Position numbers and translations under genes: made by a program. A DNA stretch of 39,454 nucleotides, taken from positions 1-39,454 of the IMG/VR virus record IMGVR_UViG_3300042879_001567; one strand, given 5' to 3'. Of the stretch, positions 8,128 to 15,680 are shown in pieces; the first letter of the stretch is position 1; the number at the start of each line of letters is the position of its first letter. The stretch comes from a virus (Duplodnaviria; Caudoviricetes). The notes below the pieces were generated by a model, which was given only the letters and a program-made list of their open reading frames with translations, had not been told where the DNA came from and made no database searches.

Positions 8128-8697
8128 ATGCCGCGCCACGCCAATCTTCCGCACCACCTCTACATCCATGTCAACAACGCCGCGCTCGGGCCGAAGATGC
8201 CGGAAGGCACGACGCGAGCCATCTGGCATGCCGTCTACTGCCGGCCTGGGCAGATCGTGATGGCGCACGTCCTGCTCGAGACAGGCGCGGAGTGGTGCGG
8301 CGTTCCCCTGCACATGATCGCGTCAGGCCCGGATGCGTTCCGCGTCAAGCAGCTCAGCGGCCCGGAGGCTCCCGGCGACCTCCAGCCCTGGGGCGCGATG
8401 GGCGACCACGTCGAGGCCGTCCACCTCGAGTACCTCGAGGGAATGATGGCGATGGGAAGCGGCAAGGGACCGGGCTTCTGCGGCAACCACACGGGGATCG
8501 TCATCGACTGGTCGGACGGCTTCTCGCGCTACCCGCAGGAACACAAGCCGCTCAACCTCATCGAGCGCAGCGACGGGAAGTACCTGCTGTATCCAAACAA
8601 CTACATCCGCCTGCTGGACAAGCACTTCACGAACTGGAAGAAGGACGATCAGCTCCAGCACTACCGCCGCGGCGACCGCGTGTTCTGGGAGATGTAA
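8128..8697 (+). CDS. Hypothetical phage protein, 189 aa
   Basis: Clean ORF with genome-typical codon usage (LQPWGAMG, QEHKPLN, LYPNN). Confidence 0.7.
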   Translation: MPRHANLPHHLYIHVNNAALGPKMPEGTTRAIWHAVYCRPGQIVMAHVLLETGAEWCGVPLHMIASGPDAFRVKQLSGPEAPGDLQPWGAMGDHVEAVHLEYLEGMMAMGSGKGPGFCGNHTGIVIDWSDGFSRYPQEHKPLNLIERSDGKYLLYPNNYIRLLDKHFTNWKKDDQLQHYRRGDRVFWEM

Positions 8698-8717
8698 GTT
8701 TATCTTCCACCTTTTTC

Positions 8718-8981
8718 TTACGGCGTTCGCCTGTAGCCCAAGCGCCACAGCAGGCGCGAGATGTCGCGGGCGGTCGCGTCCACGGCGGCCTCGTCAAGCT
8801 CCGGGCGGGCGCAGTGCAGCGCCTCGTGGACGATGGTGTCGAGCGTGTCCTGCTCGCCTTGCCATGTACCGATGCGGATGATCCGGCCCTCGGCGTGGCC
8901 GGGATCGACCATGCTGCCGTAGTCCTTCAGGTTCCCCGAGAACCGCAGCGTCCAATACTTGCCGCCGATGCGGACGCGCAC
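8718..8981 (-). CDS. Small HExxH zinc-metallopeptidase-like protein
   Basis: DTIVHEALH followed by an E in ELDEAAV. Confidence 0.65.
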   Translation of the reverse strand: MRVRIGGKYWTLRFSGNLKDYGSMVDPGHAEGRIIRIGTWQGEQDTLDTIVHEALHCARPELDEAAVDATARDISRLLWRLGYRRTP

Positions 8982-8985
8982 GGCA

Positions 8986-9117
8986 TCACTTGAACCCGCG
9001 GCGCATGGCCGCGTAGGAGGCGGCGCTCACGGTGGACCTGCTCTTCGACCGACTGGTTCCGGCCTTGCGCCGTGCGTTGATGTTCGCGTACAGGCCGCGT
9101 GCCTTCTTCTTCGCCAT
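8986..9117 (-). CDS. Small basic protein, 43 aa (MAKKKARGLYANINARRKAG...), not in the ORF track
   Basis: ATG 9117 after GAGGA, stop TGA at 8986-8988. Fills the gap between two genes. Confidence 0.65.
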   Translation of the reverse strand: MAKKKARGLYANINARRKAGTSRSKSRSTVSAASYAAMRRGFK

Positions 9118-9122
9118 GTTGG

Positions 9123-9392
9123 TCATCCTCTCGAGGTCTTGCCGCTGCACTTCCACTTCGCACGCGAAAGCCGCAGCGGGCTGTTCGGGTTTCGCGCCGC
9201 CGCAGGGTGCGACTTCATCTGCGCGAAGCTGCGGGCGCAGTAAGCGTCACCCTTCGCGGTCCCGGGCTTGATGCGGTCGCCGCCGCCCTTGGCCTTGCCT
9301 GCCTGACCGTAGGACACGGTGTTCGACCGCCCGGTCTTGGGGTTGCGGACCACCTTCACGAATCGCTTGCCCTTTGCTGGTGTCGGCATCAT
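9123..9392 (-). CDS. Basic phage protein, 89 aa (YCARS...NPNS.LR.SR.KWKC; possibly DUF6321-like)
   Basis: RBS GAAGGA. The motif pattern is one I recall from aquatic phage proteins. Confidence 0.6.
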   Translation of the reverse strand: MMPTPAKGKRFVKVVRNPKTGRSNTVSYGQAGKAKGGGDRIKPGTAKGDAYCARSFAQMKSHPAAARNPNSPLRLSRAKWKCSGKTSRG

Positions 9393-9413
9393 GTGTCCTT
9401 CCTAGACGGCCAG

Positions 9414-10325
9414 TTACTGCGCCTCGCGCACCTCGTATCGTAGTTCCCGCGTGCGGTTGCCGTTGAGCCGCAGGTTCTCCATGTAGAACCGCAGCCACAG
9501 CGCACCCTTCGGCTTGGGCGGCATGCCCTTCTCGACGGCCCACCCGTTCTGCTCGCTGAACTCGTCCTTGTACCCGGGCGAACGGATGTGCATGACCCTG
9601 TCCAGGTACGGCCTCCCGTGCGGGGAAAGCCGTGCGCGCTGGATCGGCATGATCCATTCGTCGTGCGTGTGGCCCGTCCAGATGATGTCGGCATCCGGCA
9701 GGTAGACGGCCATTCGCGAGGTCTGGATGGTTCCCCTCGTGACAGGACCGCCGCCGCCGTAGCCGTGGTGCATGTACATCACGACGCTGCCTGCCGCGAG
9801 CTGCCGGCGCTCCTTGCAACGGACCACGAACCGCACCCAGTTGGCGTATTTGCCCGCATACGCTTGGCAGTCTGCGGGCCTGCGGTGGCGCAGCGCCTCC
9901 ACGAGCCGCTCGTTCATGTCCGACTCGTGGCGCTTGCGAATGGAATTTTCATGATTGCCGGGCGCGAACAAGAGCGCCATGTCGGCATGTGGCGCCACGT
10001 AATCGGCGGTCGTGCTGATGACGGAATCGAGATAGCGACCCTGCTGATGCTCCGGCCGGCATGCCGAGGTGTCGGACCTCAAATCGTATTTTCCCTGCAT
10101 GCAGCAGAGGAAATCCCCATTACTTAGCCACCGCCCTCCGCGCTCGCGGCATTGCCGCATGTGTCGGTCGAACATCGACCTATCCGCGTGCGCGTTGTCG
10201 ATGTGAGCGTCGGACACCAGCAGGAAGTACTGCTCCCACCCGGCGGTTGGCACGTTTGAATCACCGTCCTCGGTCATCTCGACCGTGAACGATCCTGGCT
10301 GGTGTTGCGTGATTGCGACAGCCAC
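9414..10325 (-). CDS. Calcineurin-like metallophosphoesterase
   Basis: Motifs SDAH, NGD, GNHE, HHG and GHTH. Probable GTG start at 10325. Confidence 0.85.
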   Translation of the reverse strand: MAVAITQHQPGSFTVEMTEDGDSNVPTAGWEQYFLLVSDAHIDNAHADRSMFDRHMRQCRERGGRWLSNGDFLCCMQGKYDLRSDTSACRPEHQQGRYLDSVISTTADYVAPHADMALLFAPGNHENSIRKRHESDMNERLVEALRHRRPADCQAYAGKYANWVRFVVRCKERRQLAAGSVVMYMHHGYGGGGPVTRGTIQTSRMAVYLPDADIIWTGHTHDEWIMPIQRARLSPHGRPYLDRVMHIRSPGYKDEFSEQNGWAVEKGMPPKPKGALWLRFYMENLRLNGNRTRELRYEVREAQ

Positions 10326-10401
10326 TCGGCCGCAGCGTAGCCCCGCTCCTGCACTTAGAAGAATGTGACAGAAATGTTGCAGATTTTCTAACGATCCTGC
10401 A

Positions 10402-10431
10402 TTGACAGGACGATATACGCATCTGTACCCT
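10402..10431 (+). promoter_or_regulatory. Sigma70-type early promoter P1
   Basis: TTGACA, 18-nt spacer, TACCCT, with an AT-rich UP-like tract upstream. Confidence 0.65.
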
Positions 10432-10487
10432 GCTCCCGCCGACGCAGGCGCGTTGCCGAGATCGGCGAAGCACTCGAGGAGATCACC

Positions 10488-10745
10488 ATGAAAGTCCGCG
10501 CAACACTGGGCCAGATCATGCTGCACCACCCGCAGGTCGCGAAGCGATACGAGAACGGCGACGTCATGCTCGCCGCCGCCCGCGAACTCGGGGATTCGGT
10601 TTCGTTCCGCCTCATCACCGCGACCCGCCGGCTCGCTGAGATCGACCGCGACAACGAGGCCGAGTTCGACGCTGCCGCGCTCGACCTGATGGACGCCGAG
10701 GCCGAGTTCCTCCGCACGCACGAGAACACGGAGGTGGCGCTGTGA
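10488..10745 (+). CDS. Hypothetical early protein, 85 aa
   Basis: RBS GAGGAG. First gene after P1. Confidence 0.7.
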   Translation: MKVRATLGQIMLHHPQVAKRYENGDVMLAAARELGDSVSFRLITATRRLAEIDRDNEAEFDAAALDLMDAEAEFLRTHENTEVAL

Positions 10746-10987
10746 CCCGCTCCGACACCGACACCGGGCTGCGGAGGCTGTACTACCTGCTGTCCGTCCT
10801 TCACGCTGGCGGCAGCCCCAAGCGCGGCGACCTCGCCCGAAAGTGGAACGTCACCCCCCGCGCCGTCAGCCACCTCATCGCCGCAGCGCACGACCGCTAC
10901 GCGGTCATCCTCGCCGACACCGGCGACGGGTACGAGATCATCAGCCCAGGCGTGTTCGACCTCGAGCGGGTCAAGGAGGTCGCATGA
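10742..10987 (+). CDS. Winged-helix HTH protein
   Basis: RLYYLLSVL...RGDLARKWNVTPRAVSHLI...GYEI (HTH_11-like). Confidence 0.65.
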   Translation: MTRSDTDTGLRRLYYLLSVLHAGGSPKRGDLARKWNVTPRAVSHLIAAAHDRYAVILADTGDGYEIISPGVFDLERVKEVA

Positions 10988-11289
10988 ACCTCTTCGATGC
11001 CAACGAGGCCGAGCGCAGGAAGCGGATCGGGATGATGCTGGCGGCTGACGGGAAGGTCCACCTGCTTGACAGCGCACGCGGGTTCGCGGCGGCCATCGCC
11101 ACCGTCAAGGGCGAGGTGACCAGCGATGACGTTGCGGCCATCATGGCCGTGAACGGCCTGGACTACGCTGAACTCGGCAACGCCGCCGGCAGCGTGTTCG
11201 ACGGCCGATTCGCATGGACTGGCCGAGTCGTGCCGAGCGCCCGTCCTTCCTCGCACGGGCGGCTGATCCGCGTCTGGAGCCTCGCATGA
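10984..11289 (+). CDS. Hypothetical phage protein, 101 aa
   Basis: ATGA overlap, RBS AAGGAGG; GNAAGSVF...SHGRLIRVW. Confidence 0.7.
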   Translation: MNLFDANEAERRKRIGMMLAADGKVHLLDSARGFAAAIATVKGEVTSDDVAAIMAVNGLDYAELGNAAGSVFDGRFAWTGRVVPSARPSSHGRLIRVWSLA

Positions 11290-11630
11290 ATGTCAACGTG
11301 AACGTCGAGGTGGCCGTGATGAGCGACCTGTTCAAGGATGAGGCCATTGCCGAGTACGTGTCGAGCAACGACATCATCGCGGTGTTCGAGGCGCGGTGGG
11401 AGCGCGACCACTACGAGCAGCACCATTACCACGGCTCACAGCAGCACTGGTACTGGGAGCTGAAGGACACCGTGCTGCTCGAGCTGCGGCTCAACGGCAC
11501 GGTCCTGAAGCTCGACGCCGAGGTGCCGAACGACTTCCCCATGTCGGAGGTGCTTGCCGCGATGATGCGGCGCGAGGTCCGCAACGAGATCGAACTCGTC
11601 GGCCCGAAGGCACGGAGGATCACGCAATGA
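11286..11630 (+). CDS. Hypothetical protein, 114 aa
   Basis: ATGA overlap with the upstream gene. Confidence 0.65.
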   Translation: MNVNVNVEVAVMSDLFKDEAIAEYVSSNDIIAVFEARWERDHYEQHHYHGSQQHWYWELKDTVLLELRLNGTVLKLDAEVPNDFPMSEVLAAMMRREVRNEIELVGPKARRITQ

Positions 11631-11674
11631 GATACCTGTCCGTGTGCAGCGGCACGAACGAAGGAGGCGCGTGA
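11627..11674 (+). pseudogene. 15-codon remnant of a C5 DNA cytosine methyltransferase
   Basis: MRYLSVCSG matches the motif I N-terminus of phage Dcm-like enzymes. The RBS (GGAGG) is intact, but the ORF ends after 15 aa. Confidence 0.55.
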
Positions 11675-11850
11675 TGGGCAACCTGGCAGTCACGCTCTCG
11701 AGCAGGCATACCGTGGTGCTGGTCGAGCCGAGCGGCCGGCGCATCGCGGTCATCATGCCAAACGACAAGACCACCGGGAAGGTGCAGCTCGTGCTGCGCG
11801 TCGATCCCGAGATCAGGGTGATACGAGAGAAGAAGGAGCCGACGAAATGA
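11674..11850 (+). CDS. CsrA/RsmA-like small RNA-binding protein, 58 aa
   Basis: Size and beta-strand pattern. GKVQLVLRVDPEIRVIRE resembles CsrA GxQVRIGIxAPxxVxIxREE. Confidence 0.5.
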   Translation: MGNLAVTLSSRHTVVLVEPSGRRIAVIMPNDKTTGKVQLVLRVDPEIRVIREKKEPTK

Positions 11851-12041
11851 GCGAAACGCAGCGCATCCGCCTGAGCGCGGAAACGGCCGAAACCATCCGC
11901 AAGCGAGTGGCTGCCGGTGAGCGCCAGTGCGACGTTGCACGCGACCACGGCATCAGCGCCGCGACCGTGTGCCGCATCGTCAACGGCTCGAGGCACGCGC
12001 AGCCGCAACAAACGCAAGAACAGGACGCGAGCAATGGATGA
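11847..12041 (+). CDS. HTH DNA-binding protein
   Basis: IRKRVAAGERQCDVARDHGISAATVCRIVNG. Confidence 0.75.
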   Translation: MSETQRIRLSAETAETIRKRVAAGERQCDVARDHGISAATVCRIVNGSRHAQPQQTQEQDASNG

Positions 12042-12282
12042 CGATGACATCGTCCCTCGCCTGCGTCTTTGGGCCGAGGGCGTTCAGAACCAAAAGGCCG
12101 TCGTGCTGGCGGTTGCGATCACCGAAGCCGCCGACGAGATCGAACGGCTGCGTAAGGAGCGCGACGAGGCGAGGCGTATGTATTGCGGACGGGTATCCCG
12201 CGATGTGCCGCTTGATGCGTTTGATATTGCGAAGAACCACGGTTGGGATTGCTTTCCACAGGAGGACGAGCCATGCCAGTAG
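12034..12282 (+). CDS. Small coiled-coil protein (EIERLR..ERDEARR...GWDCF family)
   Basis: Paralogous to 12448..12738. Confidence 0.65.
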   Translation: MDDDDIVPRLRLWAEGVQNQKAVVLAVAITEAADEIERLRKERDEARRMYCGRVSRDVPLDAFDIAKNHGWDCFPQEDEPCQ

Positions 12283-12458
12283 GCGGCAGATACAAGAACA
12301 CGAAATACGGACACAACGCATCGGGCGACGATGTGTTCTTCATCCTCATCCCGATCTTCGCGGTCGTCCTGCTCATTGCAATGATCGGGGAGACTCGGAG
12401 AGCCAAGAGCAGCACGAACCACAACACCACACAGAAGGAGACTCGCCATGTTCAGTAA
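12273..12458 (+). CDS. Small single-TM membrane protein, 61 aa
   Basis: RBS GGAGGA; hydrophobic stretch VFFILIPIFAVVLLIAMIG. Confidence 0.6.
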   Translation: MPVGGRYKNTKYGHNASGDDVFFILIPIFAVVLLIAMIGETRRAKSSTNHNTTQKETRHVQ

Positions 12459-12738
12459 CACCTGCGCCATGACACTCGCACAGAAGTCCGACCGCATCCT
12501 CGCCCAGACGCGAGGATTGAGCGGAGCGACACCGAACGCCACGCAACTCATCGAAGAACTGCGGTGGGCGTTGGAGGAGAACAGGAAGGAAGTCGAACGC
12601 CTCCGCGCTGAGCGCGACGAGGCGAGGCGGGAGGTGTGCAGCATGAACGAAACCGGATTTCGTATGAACGAGAGTGACAAGAAGCGCGAAGCCAAGCGGC
12701 GCGGATGGGACTGCTTCAAGGAGAACACCGATGACTGA
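12448..12738 (+). CDS. Small coiled-coil protein (EVERLR..ERDEARR...GWDCF family)
   Basis: RBS AAGGAG; paralogous to 12034..12282. Confidence 0.65.
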   Translation: MFSNTCAMTLAQKSDRILAQTRGLSGATPNATQLIEELRWALEENRKEVERLRAERDEARREVCSMNETGFRMNESDKKREAKRRGWDCFKENTDD

Positions 12739-12925
12739 CCCAGGCGACGAACACCATGACATCGTTGAACGCCTTGCCATCCGTTGGCAAGGCATGGGCG
12801 ACATGGCGAACGCCGAGCGCGCCGAGGCACGCGCCGAGATCCTGCGCCTGCGCTCCGAGCTTGCGCTCTGCAGGCGCGTGCTGCCCGACCGCATATCCAA
12901 ATTGCTTTACGAGGGCGAGGGCTGA
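12731..12925 (+). CDS. Hypothetical protein, 64 aa (DIVERL...EILRLR)
   Basis: RBS AAGGAG; overlaps the upstream gene end. Confidence 0.6.
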   Translation: MTDPGDEHHDIVERLAIRWQGMGDMANAERAEARAEILRLRSELALCRRVLPDRISKLLYEGEG

Positions 12926-12928
12926 ACC

Positions 12929-13123
12929 ATGCCAGGACGAGGGGAATGGGACGAGGATGTCGTTGACCGAACCAAGGCAAGCGGCACCACCGACCCGCTC
13001 ACCCTTGAACTCATGCAGGAAGTCGTGTACCTGCGCGGCGAACTTGCTAAATTGACACGCACCGTCAACCAGGCGAAGCAACGTGAACTCCTGCAGCTCA
13101 ACCACAAACTCCGCACCGATTGA
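12929..13123 (+). CDS. Hypothetical protein, 64 aa
   Basis: Operon position; DVVDR...EVVYLR pattern related to its neighbours. Confidence 0.55.
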   Translation: MPGRGEWDEDVVDRTKASGTTDPLTLELMQEVVYLRGELAKLTRTVNQAKQRELLQLNHKLRTD

Positions 13124-13526
13124 GTTCACGATCCCCGGCGCGGCCGCACCGCAGGGGAGCAAGCGGGCCATCCGACTGCGGACAGGCAGGACGGTGCTGG
13201 TCGAGTCCTCGGCCAAGGTGAAGCCGTTCCGTGCCGTGGCCGCGCTCTGCGCGACCGAGGCTTGGCACCAGCCGCCGACCGCCGGCACGGTCGCCCTTGA
13301 GGTCGCGTTCCGCTTCGTGCGCCCGAAGAGCCACCACAAGGCCAACGGCGACCTCCGTGCCGGCGCACCCCTGACGCCCGGGAAGCCCGACATCGACAAG
13401 CTGCTGCGCGCCCTGCTCGACGCCCTGACCGGGGTGGTCTACGTGGATGACAGCCAGGTCGCCTGCATCTGGGCCACCAAGGAATACGGGCCGCGCTCGG
13501 AAACGACCGTTTCCGTGGTCACCTGA
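13083..13526 (+). CDS. rusA: RusA-family Holliday junction resolvase
   Basis: PQGSKR, KPDIDKLLRALLDALTG, VYVDDSQV. Confidence 0.9.
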   Translation: MNSCSSTTNSAPIEFTIPGAAAPQGSKRAIRLRTGRTVLVESSAKVKPFRAVAALCATEAWHQPPTAGTVALEVAFRFVRPKSHHKANGDLRAGAPLTPGKPDIDKLLRALLDALTGVVYVDDSQVACIWATKEYGPRSETTVSVVT

Positions 13527-13554
13527 CCGGGAAAGAAATCTTTCCTACGGGGAC

Positions 13555-13583
13555 TTGACACACAGGATACCGCTGCGTATCTT
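13555..13583 (+). promoter_or_regulatory. Sigma70-type early promoter P2
   Basis: TTGACA, 17-nt spacer, TATCTT, with an A/T tract upstream. Confidence 0.75.
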
Positions 13584-13638
13584 GTGTCTGTCGATGTACG
13601 GCGCGTTGCCCGAACCCGACGCAACAGAGGAGATTGAG

Positions 13639-13842
13639 ATGAACAACGCACAACTTGCCGCTTTCCGTGAGATCGCCGACGCGATGCTCCCCACCGACCG
13701 CTCCTGGAACTGGAGTCCCGACCTCAACGCCTACCGACCCGGCTTCCCCATGTGGCAGGAGGTTGGGATCACGCACGAGCGGGCGATGAGGATGCAGACC
13801 AAGTACGGGGGCCGCGTGTGGCAGAACCCCGCGAACGCCTGA
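13639..13842 (+). CDS. Hypothetical early protein, 67 aa
   Basis: RBS GAGGAG, ATG 13639. First gene after P2. Confidence 0.65.
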   Translation: MNNAQLAAFREIADAMLPTDRSWNWSPDLNAYRPGFPMWQEVGITHERAMRMQTKYGGRVWQNPANA

Positions 13843-13850
13843 CCAACACC

Positions 13851-13877
13851 GGGGGGCGATGCGACCGCCCGCCCTTT
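13851..13877 (+). terminator. Weak terminator/attenuator hairpin before bet
   Basis: GGGGGGCG/CGCCCGCCC followed by TTT. Confidence 0.4.
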
Positions 13878-13899
13878 CACACTTCACGAGGAGATACCG

Positions 13900-14910
13900 A
13901 TGACTGCACTTGCACGACTTGATGACGAGAAGCGCGACCTGCTCGCACGCACCCTGTGCGCGGGCGCGAGCCGCGACGAGATGGAGTTGTTTTTTAGCGT
14001 GTGCGACCGCACGGGCCTCGACCCGTTCGCCCGCCAGATTTACGCCGTGAAGCGGTGGGATTCCCGCGCTCGCCGCGAGGTGATGCAGACCCAGGTCAGC
14101 ATCGACGGGTTCCGGCTGGTGGCCCAGCGAAGTGGCGAGTACGCTGGTCAGACGTCGGTCGCCTACTGCGGAACGGACGGGAAGTGGACGGATGTGTGGC
14201 TCCACGACGAGCCGCCGGCCGCCGCCCGCGTCGGGGTGTACCGCAAGGGATTCGTGGAGGCGGTCACCTCCGTCGCCTTGTTCCGCGAGTACGCGCAGCG
14301 CAACAAGGAGGGCGGGTTGACGGCCATGTGGGGCAAGATGCCCACCGTGATGATCGCCAAGTGCGCCGAGGCGCTTGCCCTCCGCAAGGCGTTCCCGGCC
14401 GAGCTGTCGGGTTTGTACACCGCCGAGGAGATGTCGCAGGCGGATAACCCGCCGGCAATGCCGCAGCAGTCCGCCCTGCCGGCGCCCGTTGACGCCGAGG
14501 TCGTGGAAGCCGCCACGATGCCCCAGGACGCGCCGGCAGCGCCGGACGCCCCGAAGCCCGCCCGCAAGCGCCGGACGCAGCAGGAGGCGCCTGCGCCCGC
14601 CCCTGCCCCCGCCGAGGAGCAGGACGGGAAGCCCGACCTGTACCCCGACGAGTACGAGGGCGATTTCAAGGTCGTGCGGGTGGTCGTGCGCCCGGGCCGC
14701 CCGGTTGCCATCGCGGTGACCGGGGAACACGGCAACGCCTGGGTGGGGACCACCGTCAACGAGTACGCGGACCTCGCCAAGGAGAACGTGAACAAGCGCG
14801 TGCGGCTCGACGTCGCCCGCGTGGACCGTGGCCTCCAGATCATGCGCTGGATCGCAGCTGCCGCCGAACCTGCCCCCGCCGCAAGCAACGGCACCGACAT
14901 CCCGTTCTGA
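13900..14910 (+). CDS. bet: Phage recombination protein Bet/RecT
   Basis: GLDPFARQIYAVKR, SIDGFRLVAQRSG.YAG, W.KMP.VMIAKCAEALALRKAFP, GLYTAEEM. Acidic DIPF C-terminus. Confidence 0.92.
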   Translation: MTALARLDDEKRDLLARTLCAGASRDEMELFFSVCDRTGLDPFARQIYAVKRWDSRARREVMQTQVSIDGFRLVAQRSGEYAGQTSVAYCGTDGKWTDVWLHDEPPAAARVGVYRKGFVEAVTSVALFREYAQRNKEGGLTAMWGKMPTVMIAKCAEALALRKAFPAELSGLYTAEEMSQADNPPAMPQQSALPAPVDAEVVEAATMPQDAPAAPDAPKPARKRRTQQEAPAPAPAPAEEQDGKPDLYPDEYEGDFKVVRVVVRPGRPVAIAVTGEHGNAWVGTTVNEYADLAKENVNKRVRLDVARVDRGLQIMRWIAAAAEPAPAASNGTDIPF

Positions 14911-14920
14911 GGAGACAACC

Positions 14921-15427
14921 ATGAACCTGTACCAGATCAAGTCCGAGATCGCCGACGTCATCGACGTCATCCTCGACGGCGGCATTGACAACCCCGAGGC
15001 GCAGGACGCGCTCGAGGAACACCTTGCCGGCCTCGACGTCGTTCTCGAGGCCAAGGCCGATGACTACGCCGGCCTCGTGCAGGAGCTGACCCTGCGCGCC
15101 GAGGCACGCACCGAGGAATCGCGCCGCATCCGTGCGCTCGCCGACGCCGACCGTGCGCTGGCCGACCGCCTGAAGCAGCGGCTCAAGGAAGCCATGGAGG
15201 CGACCGGGAAGCTGAAGCTCGACGGCCCGCGCTTCAAGCTCGCCGTCGCCGGCAACGGCGGCAAGCAGCCGCTCGTGGTCAACGTCGAGCCGACCGCGCT
15301 GGCTCCCCAGTTCCAGGCCGTGAAGGTCGCGGCAAACACGGATGCCATCCGCGCCGCGCTCGAGGGCGGCGCTACGATCCCCGGCTGCGCGCTGCTGCCC
15401 CGCGGCACCAGCCTCCGCATCCGCTGA
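14921..15427 (+). CDS. Siphovirus Gp157-family protein
   Basis: MNLYQI...KADDY...RLK.RL..AM...IRAALEGGATIPGCAL...SLRIR. Confidence 0.85.
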   Translation: MNLYQIKSEIADVIDVILDGGIDNPEAQDALEEHLAGLDVVLEAKADDYAGLVQELTLRAEARTEESRRIRALADADRALADRLKQRLKEAMEATGKLKLDGPRFKLAVAGNGGKQPLVVNVEPTALAPQFQAVKVAANTDAIRAALEGGATIPGCALLPRGTSLRIR

Positions 15428-15451
15428 CATCACCCCACCGGGCATCTCCTC

Positions 15452-15556
15452 GCCCCGGGCGCCGCCGAAGGAATCAGCGGTCAGCCCGGGGCTTTCATTC
15501 AACGCAGGAGCGCGGCGAGCCGTGGCGAACCATCGGCCGGCCGCGCTCCGTTGCGT
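15452..15556. terminator. Two GC-rich hairpins at the convergent early/late junction
   Basis: GCCCCGGGC/GCCCGGGGC followed by TTTCATT (15452-15499), and a long interrupted hairpin at 15502-15556. Confidence 0.6.
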
Positions 15557-15566
15557 GGGCCGTTGG

Positions 15567-15680
15567 TCAGAACTTGACCTTGGAGCCGTACTTGCCCTTC
15601 AGCCACCAGCCCGCCGCGAGCGAGATGGAGGCGACCAGGGCGATGAACCATGCCGTGCCGAGAGCGTCCGCGAGAATCAT
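15567..15680 (-). CDS. 37-aa single-TM protein (MILADALGTAWFIALVASISLAAGWWLKGKYGSKVKF), possible lysis accessory/holin; not in the ORF track
   Basis: ATGA overlap with the lipoprotein gene. TM helix followed by a basic tail. Confidence 0.55.
   Translation of the reverse strand: MILADALGTAWFIALVASISLAAGWWLKGKYGSKVKF

Noticed and set aside
10326-10721. N-terminal extension of the phosphoesterase ORF
   Set aside because: It overlaps promoter P1 and the plus-strand gene 10488..10745. The catalytic motifs start downstream of 10325.
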